A program made the translations under genes and the position numbers. This document shows positions 1 through 9,782 of a DNA stretch of 64,000 nucleotides, piece after piece. How positions within the stretch are numbered: the stretch's first letter is position 1; every line of letters begins with the position of its first letter. The stretch comes from an uncultured Syntrophomonadaceae bacterium (GTDB lineage Bacteria; Bacillota; Dethiobacteria; DTU022), in contig CAYXQO010000002.1 in the NCBI GenBank assembly GCA_964467475.1, positions 57,787 to 121,786 on the forward strand. The letters are read 5' to 3'. The notes below the pieces were generated by a model. The model was not told the origin of the DNA and made no database searches. It was given only the letters and a program-made list of their open reading frames with translations.

Positions 1-2480
1 AGGGTCGGCTGTTCGGTTATCCGCACTTCCATAACCTGTCCGCATGTCTCTACGATAATCGCTCCATGCCGGTCGGTCCGGTATGTCCGGATGGCTGCTT
101 CTTCAAGGGCACCGGTTACATAAGGATGAGGGTGACCGAAAGGATTTGAACCAACCTGGATCACTGCAATTTCCGGCTGCACAGCTTTCAAAAACTCAGG
201 CATCGCTTCCATGTATCCACCGTGATGGGGTATTTGTAAAAGGTCGGCCTGTAAATCAATTTGCTGCTGTAAAAGATCAGCTGCGGCAGCATCTTCAATA
301 TCACCGGTAAAAAGCATCCCGGTATCTTTATAGCTGAGCAAAAAGACAATGGAATTGTTGTTAAGATCACATCCTGTCCCGCGATAAAGCTCTTCAGGCG
401 GTCCGAGAAGAGCAATGGTTAACTCGGCGCCGCAGCGCCAGTGTTCCCCGGAGCAAACTTGATCAACCATAATCCCTTCTGCTTCAGCTTTGTCAAGGAG
501 CTGATCGTAGTAAACAGTTTCCCCGGGCACCGGAGAAATAAGCATCCGCTCTACCGGGATTTCACCAATTAATGGTAAAAATCCGCCAAAGTGATCTTCA
601 TGGGGATGGGTCACCACAGCCAGGTCTATCTCCTTGATTCCCCGGTAGCGCAAGAAAGGAAGGATCACTCTTTCCCCGATATCTCCTGGTTCTCCATAAA
701 AAGGAAGCTCACCGCCGGCATCAACCATGATAACCGCATCACAGGGAGTCTCGATTAGTGCTGCGGCCCCCTGGCCAACATCTATAAAAGTAACCTCCAG
801 GTTATTGCGTGAGGGGATGAGAATGCTCCCCCATACAAAAAGCACCGCGGGCAAAAGGATTCCCCCGGTGAGCAGATAAAATTTTAGTCGACTGTTTTTA
901 TAAAAGCCTGAAGTTGCCCTTTTCAGGTCAATGGTTGAGTTTTGGCGGTACCCGGAACTGTAGTGATCCGCCCATAGGTAATAGGCGACCAACCCGGCAA
1001 AAAGCAGTGCATAATATAAAATCAAGGGAAAAAGCCCCGGCGGATATACAACCAGGTAAAATCCGGGCAGATTACTTACAGCTGTAATTCGGGCCATCAC
1101 TTCCAGGAGGGGATAGGTGGCCCATAGAATGGAAGCACCGACAGGCGCTATTAAAAGGCTAACCAGGGCTCCAAACAAACCCAGTCCCACCACGAAAGCA
1201 GTCAAAGGCATCAACAGGAGATTAAAAAAGAGGGCCCCGGTAGGCAGGTGATGAAAGTAGTACACACAAAGGGGCAAAACGCCAAGTTGAGCTGCCATAG
1301 TCACTGCTACCGGCATTTGCAGGACCCGGGGGCACTTCAATTTTTTCAGCAAATGCTTTAAAGGTCGATATGCATAAACCAAAACCAGGGTGGCGGCATA
1401 AGAAAGCTGGAAACCAAGAGAAAAAAGCAGTAGTGGGTTTAAAAATAAAGTGATCAAGGCGGCAGCGGCTACCGCTGTGGGCAAATCTCTTTCTCTGTCC
1501 AGCATTAAAGCTCCCAGGGCAAGAGAAATCATTATAGCCGCCCGCAGGGCAGACGGGCGCATCCCGGTGAGGTAAGCATAAGCAATTACCAAAGCGATAG
1601 CCATAATAATCGGCAGGCGTCCCCTTAGTCCAAGAAATCTACCCAAGCCAAGGACAATAGCGGCAACCAACCCTACATGGAGACCGGATACAGCCATTAA
1701 ATGCCCCGCACCCGCCCTGGTGAAATTTTCCTGGATTCCTTCGGGAAGGCGGTGGCGTTGGCCAAAGAGCATCGCGATGAGCATTTCACCCGCCGGGGTG
1801 GGCAATTCATTACCGATTGCTTCCGCCATTTCCCCGCGCAGCCTAATGGCTGCAGCAGGTAAGCTGCCCACATCATCCATGCCAAGAGAAGTGACCTGGG
1901 AAGGCAGGGGATTTATTACAGCATCAATTCCCTGGCTTTTTAAGAAATAACGGTAATCAAACCCACCGGGGTTGCGAAGTCCTCGAGGCTCCCTGATCCT
2001 TCCTCGCAGGCGCAGTCGTTCGCCAAAAAAGAAATAATCATTTTCTTCGCCGTCTTCGTAAATATTAACTAGCAATTTTCCAGGTGCTGCAACCTGGCCA
2101 GAAGCAGTCTCCACCCGATCAACCTGCAGGTGGTAGGCTGCACGATTGTCGTAAAACACCGGCTCTTCAATTACAGTGCCTTCGATATAGACAGGATCGT
2201 CAGTGTAATCGAGAACGCCTCCGGCAGGTGGTTGCAGAGCAAAATAAAAAGAGGCAGTACCGCTTAGTGCAGCTAAAAGAAACAGAAGGACCTTATAAAA
2301 ATCGATTAAACGCCAGTACCAGGTTCCTGTTAGAACCAGGATAATAGCTCCGGCATATAAAAAAACAGCTGACTCCTGCATCCAAAGCCTGGCGCCAATA
2401 ATACCGGCAATATAAAAAAGGGCGATCAAGAACAGATGTCGCCCAAAGGCTTCATGAACAAGCTTTTTTATTGCCTGCAC
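1..2480 (-). CDS. comEC: DNA-internalization competence protein ComEC/Rec2; the C-terminal end runs off the window start.
   Basis: A minus-strand reading frame has no stop inside the window, which is why the ORF track omits it. The translation has a polytopic N-terminal membrane region and a C-terminal metallo-beta-lactamase domain (VVTHPHEDHFGG ... LQIPHHGG). A GTG at 2478-2480 overlaps the TAG stop of the upstream gene. Confidence 0.8.
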   Translation of the reverse strand, partial: MQAIKKLVHEAFGRHLFLIALFYIAGIIGARLWMQESAVFLYAGAIILVLTGTWYWRLIDFYKVLLFLLAALSGTASFYFALQPPAGGVLDYTDDPVYIEGTVIEEPVFYDNRAAYHLQVDRVETASGQVAAPGKLLVNIYEDGEENDYFFFGERLRLRGRIREPRGLRNPGGFDYRYFLKSQGIDAVINPLPSQVTSLGMDDVGSLPAAAIRLRGEMAEAIGNELPTPAGEMLIAMLFGQRHRLPEGIQENFTRAGAGHLMAVSGLHVGLVAAIVLGLGRFLGLRGRLPIIMAIALVIAYAYLTGMRPSALRAAIMISLALGALMLDRERDLPTAVAAAALITLFLNPLLLFSLGFQLSYAATLVLVYAYRPLKHLLKKLKCPRVLQMPVAVTMAAQLGVLPLCVYYFHHLPTGALFFNLLLMPLTAFVVGLGLFGALVSLLIAPVGASILWATYPLLEVMARITAVSNLPGFYLVVYPPGLFPLILYYALLFAGLVAYYLWADHYSSGYRQNSTIDLKRATSGFYKNSRLKFYLLTGGILLPAVLFVWGSILIPSRNNLEVTFIDVGQGAAALIETPCDAVIMVDAGGELPFYGEPGDIGERVILPFLRYRGIKEIDLAVVTHPHEDHFGGFLPLIGEIPVERMLISPVPGETVYYDQLLDKAEAEGIMVDQVCSGEHWRCGAELTIALLGPPEELYRGTGCDLNNNSIVFLLSYKDTGMLFTGDIEDAAAADLLQQQIDLQADLLQIPHHGGYMEAMPEFLKAVQPEIAVIQVGSNPFGHPHPYVTGALEEAAIRTYRTDRHGAIIVETCGQVMEVRITEQPT

Positions 2481-3958
2481 TATTTGAAGACCCTTTCGAA
2501 AAGGCCAAATGTTTTTTCACGCTGTTCAGGAGAAGGCGGTGGAGTAAGCAAAGATACGACAATTAAGATCAAAACTGCAAGCACGAAAGACGGGAAAACA
2601 GGCATAAAGCCAAATGTGGTCCACTGGGGTAAAACTTCCAGGTACCAAAGATGAAGCATAATTGCTGGAATAATCAAGGCTGCTGCTGCCCCGTATTTAT
2701 TAGCCCGGGACCAATAAAGCGCACCGATCATTACAGGCAGCATCACTGAAAAACCGGAAAAAGCAAAACCGGCAATACTTAAGATCGCCCCCGGTTGAAT
2801 CAGGGCAATATAAAAAGCGAGGACCGCAAAAAATACCAGGATTACCCTGCCCCAAAAAACTGCCTGTCCGGAAGTAATCCTTTTTATATTGGGCAGGAAA
2901 TCAACAGTCACCAGGTGGGTTACCGCTAACAGTTGTGAATCAATCGAGGATTTAACAATTGCCAGGACGACCACTAACCCCAAAATCATCCAGGTTGGAG
3001 ATAAAAACTGGTGGATGAGCAAAGGCACGATATTATCAGCTTCCTGGCCCTCAAGTCCAGGCACAGCCACCGAGCCCCACACTCCCATCAGAGTGGAAAC
3101 TCCAAATATTGCTGCTAAGGCCAGGGGATAATACATACTGACCTGCTTTAAGTTACCACTACTGCGGGTGGCAAGAATACGGGTATAAATCTGGGGAAAC
3201 ACAATCACGGCAATCGAATTAATAAAAGAATAGCTAAACCAGTTAATCGGGGCCAGTTGTTCAGAAAGACCCCGCTCCAGCATTGCCGGATTATCCCGGA
3301 CAATTTCATCAGTTATCTCAGAAAAACCACCCAATGCTCGGGCTACCGCAGAAAGTAGAAGTACAGCGACTATTAAAAACAAACTCCCCTGGAATATATC
3401 GGTCCAAACAGTTCCCCGTAATCCGGCAGGAAGGGTATAAATCAGTGAGATAGCAATAATTACCAGGGCCGAGAGCCAGTATGGCACCAATCCCTCGGTA
3501 ACCGTGGTAAAGGCGAGTCCTCCACCGATAATACTGACTACCAGGTAAGGCAGGGTATAGTAAATCAGGAGGACCAGGAACAAAAGGGAGATCAAGCGGC
3601 TGTTAAATATACCCCCGAAAACCTGGGGCTGGGTGGCAAACCCGTATCTTTTGCCAAGAAGCCAGGACCGGTAGCCCACCAGGTAATAAGTAAAAGGGGT
3701 TATAAAAATGCTCCAGCCAATCACGTAACCATAAGCGCCGTAACCTGCTTCATAGGCAAATCCGGCGTGACCGATAATGGTGAAAGCGGTAATATTGCTG
3801 GCGAAAAGGGCCATGAACACAGCAATACTGCCAAGCCCCCGCCCGGCCATGAAATAGTCTTCCCTGGTTTTGCGGGCTATCCAGCCCCCGTAAACTCCGA
3901 TAGCAACTAAAATCAAAAAATATATTGCCAGTAGGCCGATACCGATTACGTTAATCAC
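2480..3958 (-). CDS. Sodium:solute symporter (SSF) family transporter.
   Basis: The 492-aa product is very hydrophobic with about 13 TM helices and SSF-like sequence. It is translationally coupled to a small DUF3311-like membrane protein upstream. Confidence 0.7.
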   Translation of the reverse strand: MINVIGIGLLAIYFLILVAIGVYGGWIARKTREDYFMAGRGLGSIAVFMALFASNITAFTIIGHAGFAYEAGYGAYGYVIGWSIFITPFTYYLVGYRSWLLGKRYGFATQPQVFGGIFNSRLISLLFLVLLIYYTLPYLVVSIIGGGLAFTTVTEGLVPYWLSALVIIAISLIYTLPAGLRGTVWTDIFQGSLFLIVAVLLLSAVARALGGFSEITDEIVRDNPAMLERGLSEQLAPINWFSYSFINSIAVIVFPQIYTRILATRSSGNLKQVSMYYPLALAAIFGVSTLMGVWGSVAVPGLEGQEADNIVPLLIHQFLSPTWMILGLVVVLAIVKSSIDSQLLAVTHLVTVDFLPNIKRITSGQAVFWGRVILVFFAVLAFYIALIQPGAILSIAGFAFSGFSVMLPVMIGALYWSRANKYGAAAALIIPAIMLHLWYLEVLPQWTTFGFMPVFPSFVLAVLILIVVSLLTPPPSPEQREKTFGLFERVFK

Positions 3959-4236
3959 TGTTTTGAAGACTCCTTATCGGTAAACTGGTCAGTTACTTCT
4001 TTGGGAGGGTCAGGCCAGGCCAGGCTTATAATCGCTTTCATTACCAAAACGGAAAGAACAGCATAACCTGCGTAGTAAGAATATGCAAAAGGCATAAACC
4101 CAAAAAGCAAAGGAATCCGGCTGTCTAAATCCCATAAAAAGAAGCTGTTGTGCAATATAAACATGATTAAGACAATCACGCAAACCAGCATAAAGCGGAC
4201 CTTAAAGTTCATCCCGTTTCCCTCCAAACCGGGCAA
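3955..4236 (-). CDS. Small two-TM membrane protein, DUF3311-like putative accessory subunit of the symporter.
   Basis: The 93-aa ORF has two hydrophobic helices, and its stop overlaps the start of the SSF gene. The true start may be the internal Met of MNFKV. Confidence 0.45.
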   Translation of the reverse strand: MPGLEGNGMNFKVRFMLVCVIVLIMFILHNSFFLWDLDSRIPLLFGFMPFAYSYYAGYAVLSVLVMKAIISLAWPDPPKEVTDQFTDKESSKQ

Positions 4237-4289
4237 ACAATCCCTTATTTAAATACATTCGATTCCCTGCGAATTCGACAGGATTTTGT

Positions 4290-4751
4290 TTATTCCTGCT
4301 CTTCTTCGATAATCACTTCCTGCCAGGCTCTTTCCTCACCGTCAACCTCAACCAGTATTTTATACCTTCCCGGACCGCCAAACCAAATCTTATCAAAAAC
4401 AATTTCTGATTCCGGCTCCACTTCATCGCTGTAGTCTTCTTCGGCGAGCACCTCATCAGTTGCAGTATCTATCAGTTGCACCATGACTTCATCTTCACCA
4501 AAAGGCTCATCATTAAAAAAGGAAAAATATAAATCTTCATTGGGCGCAAACGTTGTTTCCATAGAAACTATTCTATGATCCTCGTCCAACTCTTTCCCGG
4601 TTTCCAGTTCCGCTTCACCCACCGAATAACTTTCCGGAGGAAGCTGCTCTTCCCCGTTTTCTTCCTCACAGGCTCCGGCAAAAAATACTACCAGGAAGAG
4701 TATTATCAGCAATACTGTAACTTGTTTGAACATCTGAGGCTCCCCTTTCAT
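4290..4751 (-). CDS. Acidic lipoprotein of unknown function.
   Basis: It has a signal peptide with a lipobox (FFAGAC) followed by a Glu/Asp-rich mature region. Confidence 0.45.
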   Translation of the reverse strand: MKGEPQMFKQVTVLLIILFLVVFFAGACEEENGEEQLPPESYSVGEAELETGKELDEDHRIVSMETTFAPNEDLYFSFFNDEPFGEDEVMVQLIDTATDEVLAEEDYSDEVEPESEIVFDKIWFGGPGRYKILVEVDGEERAWQEVIIEEEQE

Positions 4752-4951
4752 ATGTCCAATTCTTTCATAAAGATGCTTCTTGATTATTCTGCGTCCCCTT
4801 CCCTATTCCTGCTTAATTAGTTATTATTATATAGAACCGGCAACAATCAAGGGATAAAAATATTACAATTATTTTTCCGGTGAAGGATTAAATCAAAACG
4901 GTGTAGAAAGATTAGCCGGTAAATCAATGATTCCAAGCAGGAGGCGCTTAA

Positions 4952-5539
4952 ATGAACTTATCTGTCCGTAAAATTGTAATATCAGGAATTTTAGGAGCAA
5001 TTGCCATCTTACTCGGGGTAACCAGGTTGGGCTTTATCCCGGTGCCCACCCCCGCAGGCCACGCCACGATCATGCATATCCCTGTAATCCTGGGCGGCAT
5101 CCTGGAAGGCCCCGTGGTGGGACTGATTACCGGGGCTATTTTTGGCCTGTTCAGTTTCTTGCAGCCGGGGGCCCCGTTTTTTGCCGATCCCCTGGTTTCG
5201 ATCCTGCCCCGCTTATTTATCGGGGTTGTCTCTTACCTAATTTATGCTTTAACTAAAAACGGCTTGCAAAAAATTAAAAACGCTACCTCTTCCTCACCTG
5301 CAGGCAGCCTGGAAAAATTATATAATCTATTGCCCTTGATCCTTGCCGGCGCTTTCGGTTCAGCCACTAATACAGTGCTGGTAATGGGCATGGCCACCTG
5401 GAGAGGTTACCTGCCTTCTGAAGTATCCATTTCAGTAGGGGTTCTGCATGGCGTGCCCGAACTAATCCTGGCAGCTATTCTTACCGTTATCCTGGTTACA
5501 GGAATCCGCAGGATCAGGCCGGAAGAGAAAAATGATTGA
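4952..5539 (+). CDS. ECF transporter substrate-specific (S) component, substrate unknown.
   Basis: The 195-aa protein has six TM helices and sits directly upstream of ecfA1-ecfA2-ecfT, overlapping the ecfA1 start. Confidence 0.55.
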   Translation: MNLSVRKIVISGILGAIAILLGVTRLGFIPVPTPAGHATIMHIPVILGGILEGPVVGLITGAIFGLFSFLQPGAPFFADPLVSILPRLFIGVVSYLIYALTKNGLQKIKNATSSSPAGSLEKLYNLLPLILAGAFGSATNTVLVMGMATWRGYLPSEVSISVGVLHGVPELILAAILTVILVTGIRRIRPEEKND

Positions 5540-6413
5540 ACCACAGGGCTGTGATAACTTGGAAAAAACAATTGAAACAAAAAACCTGTCTTATGCCTAC
5601 CGCTCCGGGACAGATAAAGAAGTCAGAGCCCTGCGGGATGTTAATATGAACGTTTTCAAGGGAGAAATTCTGGCTATCACCGGGCAAAATGGGTCGGGCA
5701 AATCCACACTGGCCCGCCATTTCAATGGACTGCTCACACCAACAGGTGGAGAAGTATTAGTAAAGGGGCTTTCCACCAATGACAAAAATAATATCGGGAC
5801 AATCCGCAAAATAGTGGGCATGGTTTTTCAAAACCCCGACAATCAATTGGTTAGCAGTGTTGTTGAAGAAGACATTGCTTTCGGTCCGGAAAACTTGGGC
5901 TTACCGCAGGCAGAAATAATCGACCGGGTTAACTGGGCCCTTCACACCCTAAAACTGGAAGATTTACGCCGGGAATCTCCCCACAGTCTTTCTGCCGGCC
6001 AGAAACAACAGGTTGCCATTGCCGGGGTCCTGGCCATGAAACCCGAGTGTATCATCCTCGATGAACCAACCGCACATTTAGATCCTCGCGGCCGGCGCGA
6101 GGTGCTTGAAAGCGCGATTCGTTTAAACCGCGAAGAAGGTATTACCATGGTCCTTTTAACTCATTTTATGAATGAAGTTATCTACTGCAACCGGATGATC
6201 GTCATGGACGGCGGAACAATCAAAATGGAAGGAACTCCAAAAGAAGTCTTTCACCAGGGTGTAAAAGAAAGCCAGACAATTAAGGATATGGGGCTTGATT
6301 TTCCGGTAGCCTCCCAGCTGGCTGCGGGGCTGCAGGAAGAAGGTTTTACCGTTTCCCCCGATATCATTCATAACGAGGAGCTCATCAATAACCTATGTCA
6401 ATTGAAGTCTTAA
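5532..6413 (+). CDS. ecfA1: Energy-coupling factor transporter ATPase EcfA1.
   Basis: It has a Walker A motif (GQNGSGKST), an ABC signature (LSAGQKQQ) and a Walker B motif (IILDEP). EcfA-type C-terminal region. Confidence 0.85.
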   Translation: MIEPQGCDNLEKTIETKNLSYAYRSGTDKEVRALRDVNMNVFKGEILAITGQNGSGKSTLARHFNGLLTPTGGEVLVKGLSTNDKNNIGTIRKIVGMVFQNPDNQLVSSVVEEDIAFGPENLGLPQAEIIDRVNWALHTLKLEDLRRESPHSLSAGQKQQVAIAGVLAMKPECIILDEPTAHLDPRGRREVLESAIRLNREEGITMVLLTHFMNEVIYCNRMIVMDGGTIKMEGTPKEVFHQGVKESQTIKDMGLDFPVASQLAAGLQEEGFTVSPDIIHNEELINNLCQLKS

Positions 6414-7270
6414 ATCTAAGTCACAGTTACAAAATAGGGACCCCTTTTGAGCACAAAGTCCTGCATGATGTAAGCTTCTCAATTGCCGACGGTCAATTTG
6501 TAGGGCTAATCGGTCCCACTCGCTCGGGCAAAACCACCCTGGCACAATATTTAAACGCCCTTTATATTCCCCGTAAAGGAAAGGTATTGATCGACGGGGA
6601 AAATACAGCTGACCGGCGGGCAGACCTGGTTACTATCCGCCACCGGGTGGGATATGTTTTTCAAAACCCCGAGTACCAGCTATTTGCTCCCACCGTAGGC
6701 GAAGACATCGCTTTCGGGCCAACTAACCAGAACCTTCCCCGAGAAGAAATCGATAAACTGGTTAAAAATGCGATGGAAATGGTGGGCCTGGATTATGAAA
6801 CTTTTAAAACCCGCGATATTTTTGCTTTAAGCGGCGGCCAAAAAAGGCGTGCCGCTATTGCAGGAGTACTGGCCTGTAGGCCAAAAGTCCTGGTATTAGA
6901 TGATATCACCGCAGGTCTTGATCCCCGGGGACGGGAAGAAATTATGGATGTAGTAAAAAGTTTACATCAGCAGCAAAACATCACCATCCTGTTTATCAGC
7001 AACAGCATGGACGATGTGGCTTTGCTTGCCGAGAGGCTCCTGGTAATGGATAACGGAAAAATTATTATGGACGGGCCCACCAGGGAAGTTTTCGCCCGGA
7101 CCGAGGAATTGCGTGCAATCGGATTGGAATTACCGGAGGTTAGTATTATCGTCGACCGGTTGCGTTCTGCCGGGTTCCAACTGCCTGCCGGCATATTAAC
7201 CGTAGACGAAGCAATCAGTGAAATTGCCGCTTTCCTAAAGGATAAGGAGGCGCGAGAACAGTGGAGCTGA
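6395..7270 (+). CDS. ecfA2: Energy-coupling factor transporter ATPase EcfA2.
   Basis: It has a Walker A motif (GPTRSGKTT), an ABC signature (LSGGQKRR) and a Walker B motif (LVLDD). It overlaps ecfA1. Confidence 0.85.
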   Translation: MSIEVLNLSHSYKIGTPFEHKVLHDVSFSIADGQFVGLIGPTRSGKTTLAQYLNALYIPRKGKVLIDGENTADRRADLVTIRHRVGYVFQNPEYQLFAPTVGEDIAFGPTNQNLPREEIDKLVKNAMEMVGLDYETFKTRDIFALSGGQKRRAAIAGVLACRPKVLVLDDITAGLDPRGREEIMDVVKSLHQQQNITILFISNSMDDVALLAERLLVMDNGKIIMDGPTREVFARTEELRAIGLELPEVSIIVDRLRSAGFQLPAGILTVDEAISEIAAFLKDKEAREQWS

Positions 7271-8088
7271 CCAAGAATATTACCCTCGGCGTTTACCTGC
7301 CCGGAGAAACACGAGTGCACCGCCTCGATCCACGCACCAAAATTATTGGCGCATTTATCTTGATTGTTCTTTTACTGCTGGCCCGTTCATACGCTGCTTA
7401 TGGGGTGGTAACCCTATTTATCGCTTTCCTGGTCTTTATCTCCGGAATTCCCCCCGGCTACGCATTGCGGGGACTCAAGCCAATGCTGCCAGTGCTGCTC
7501 TTAATGTGGATATTCCAGTTATTTCTCCACCAGTCTCCCGATACGGCTGTCCTTTTCCGGTGGTGGATTTTTGAAGCTACCGAAGCCGGCCTTCACATGG
7601 GAAACTTAATCATCCTGCGGGTGCTCTTTCTCTTTACCGTGACCACCCTTTTAACCTTGACCACTTCCGTGGTAAGCCTAACTGACGGCCTGGAAAACCT
7701 GCTCAAGCCCCTGCGCTCCCTCGGACTTCCTTCACACGAACTGGTAATGACCCTGGTCATTGCCCTGCGTTTCGTGTTGATCCTGGCTGAAGAACTCGAA
7801 AAAATCATGAAAGCCCAGATGGCCAGGGGGGTGGCTTTTGACCGGGGCAATTTCATTCAAAAAACGAGGAAGATCTTCCCGGTTTTCCTGCCCCTGTTCA
7901 TCGGGGCTTTCAAACGGGCAGAAGAGCTTATCGTGGCCATGGATGCCCGCAGTTACACAGGGGGCAAAGGACGCACCAAAATGAAAACCCTGCACATGGG
8001 CAGGGTAGACCTGGCGGCCGCGTTAATCATGCTTTTCTTTACCGGGCTGATGATTTATGTAATCGTTACTTATGAACCATTTATCTAA
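7261..8088 (+). CDS. ecfT: ECF transporter transmembrane (T) component EcfT.
   Basis: The 275-aa polytopic protein carries the conserved EcfT ARG motifs (MKAQMARGV ... AMDARS). It overlaps the end of ecfA2. Confidence 0.8.
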   Translation: MELTKNITLGVYLPGETRVHRLDPRTKIIGAFILIVLLLLARSYAAYGVVTLFIAFLVFISGIPPGYALRGLKPMLPVLLLMWIFQLFLHQSPDTAVLFRWWIFEATEAGLHMGNLIILRVLFLFTVTTLLTLTTSVVSLTDGLENLLKPLRSLGLPSHELVMTLVIALRFVLILAEELEKIMKAQMARGVAFDRGNFIQKTRKIFPVFLPLFIGAFKRAEELIVAMDARSYTGGKGRTKMKTLHMGRVDLAAALIMLFFTGLMIYVIVTYEPFI

Positions 8089-9758
8089 CTTATTTCATAA
8101 ACATCTCTCGGCTCAACCCCAAATGAAGTACCTACAGCAATAGCGGCACGGACCTGTTCCCCGGAAGGATCAACCCGCTTTATCCCGCTTATCGCCTCAT
8201 TTAGGGGCACGGAAGAGATTTGATCTCCTTTTAGGCAGACCATCCGGTTGCATCTCTGCTCCATGAATAATTCCACCGCTTTCACTCCGAACCGGGTGGC
8301 CAGGATCCGATCGTACGAGGTCGGACTACCGCCGCGCTGCAGGTGGCCAAGCACAGTGGCCCTGCTTTCCATATCGGTGCGTTTTTCAATCTCCCGGGCT
8401 ACGGTTTCACCAATACCGCCCAATCTCTTTACAGAGCCCTTGGCTTTATAAACCGGCTCACTGCCCTCAGGATAGGCCCCTTCCGCTACTACAATAATAC
8501 TGAATTTTTTACCCCGCCGGTTACGCTCGTTTATTTTTTTCACCACACAGGAATAAGCGAAAGGCATCTCAGGGATCAAAATTATATCGCCACCGCCTGC
8601 CATTCCGGCCTGTAAGGCGATCCATCCGGCATCACGGCCCATCACTTCTACAACCATAACCCGGTGGTGCGATTCGGCCGTGGTGTGTATTTTGTCGATG
8701 GCTTCAGTGGCAGTAGTTACCGCAGAATCAAACCCAAAAGTTAAATCTGTCGCAGGCAGGTCGTTATCGATGGTTTTAGGTATACCGATCACCGGTACTC
8801 CCAGTTCGCTAAAGCGGTGGGCCAAAAGCAAGCTGCCGTCACCGCCAATTACCACCAGGCATTCGATACCCCATTTTCTCAGGTTATCCATGGCATCCGC
8901 GGAACGATCCATGCCAGTATCTTTATAGTCAGAGGAACCACCGGGACGGTAATCAAAAGGATTATCGCGGTTGGAAGTGCCAAGGATGGTCCCGCCCCGG
9001 GTAAGGATCCCGGAAACAGCAAAATCATCTATCAGGTAAGCATCATTTTCAACCAACCCTCTAAAACCGTTATTAAAACCAACCACTTCGCTATTATATT
9101 TATATTGAGCACTTTTAACCACTGCCCGGATTACCGCATTAAGACCGGGGCAATCACCGCCGCCGGTTAAAAGACCTAGCCTTCTTCCTGCCTTATGCGA
9201 ACCGGCTTTAATTGGGCCGGTGTTTCCTTTTAAAAAGGTATCTTGCGCTTGTGCTCCGCTATCTTCTTCTCTATTCGGCATAACACCGCCGCTATTATCT
9301 TTCTCTTCTTTCTCAGGCTCAAAGTCACCGATAGCTTCGCGGGCCAGCTGGTCACAACGCTGGTTAAGCCGGTCTGTACTGTGCCCTTTTACCTTGATCC
9401 ATTCAATTTCATTGATTTCAATCAGTTCCGCAAGCAGTTTCCAGAGATCCTGGTTTTCCACGGGTTGTTTCTTGCTGGAAAGCCAGCCGTTCTTTTGCCA
9501 GCGTTTCAACCAACCCTGGTTAAAGCAGTTAACCAGGTAAGCGCTGTCGCTGTAAAGCCTGACCCTGCTTCCCTGCGGCACCCGGCGCAAAGCTTCCACG
9601 GCTGCCTGCAATTCCATACGCTGATTGGTGGTTTTATCTTCGCGCCCGCTGATTTCTTCCACAGTATCGCCGTGCATAATTACAGCCGCCCAGCCACCGG
9701 GGCCAGGATTGCCGGTACAGGCACCATCGGTATAAATTTCATACTCTGGCTTTCCCAA
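8085..9758 (-). CDS. RNase HI domain fused in-frame to an ATP/PPi-dependent 6-phosphofructokinase domain.
   Basis: The N-terminal 150 aa or so is RNase HI (YTDGACTGNPGPGGWAAV, MELQAA, LYSDS, KGHS), with the catalytic D/E/D/H/D residues present. About 45 aa of E/K/G-rich linker follows, with no stop in frame. Then comes a full PFK-A fold (GLLTGGGDCPGLNAVIRAVV, VIGGDGS, MGRDAGW). Its stop overlaps the ecfT stop on the opposite strand. Confidence 0.7.
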   Translation of the reverse strand: MGKPEYEIYTDGACTGNPGPGGWAAVIMHGDTVEEISGREDKTTNQRMELQAAVEALRRVPQGSRVRLYSDSAYLVNCFNQGWLKRWQKNGWLSSKKQPVENQDLWKLLAELIEINEIEWIKVKGHSTDRLNQRCDQLAREAIGDFEPEKEEKDNSGGVMPNREEDSGAQAQDTFLKGNTGPIKAGSHKAGRRLGLLTGGGDCPGLNAVIRAVVKSAQYKYNSEVVGFNNGFRGLVENDAYLIDDFAVSGILTRGGTILGTSNRDNPFDYRPGGSSDYKDTGMDRSADAMDNLRKWGIECLVVIGGDGSLLLAHRFSELGVPVIGIPKTIDNDLPATDLTFGFDSAVTTATEAIDKIHTTAESHHRVMVVEVMGRDAGWIALQAGMAGGGDIILIPEMPFAYSCVVKKINERNRRGKKFSIIVVAEGAYPEGSEPVYKAKGSVKRLGGIGETVAREIEKRTDMESRATVLGHLQRGGSPTSYDRILATRFGVKAVELFMEQRCNRMVCLKGDQISSVPLNEAISGIKRVDPSGEQVRAAIAVGTSFGVEPRDVYEIS

Positions 9759-9782
9759 CAGCTTTCCTCTCCTGTCAACCGG

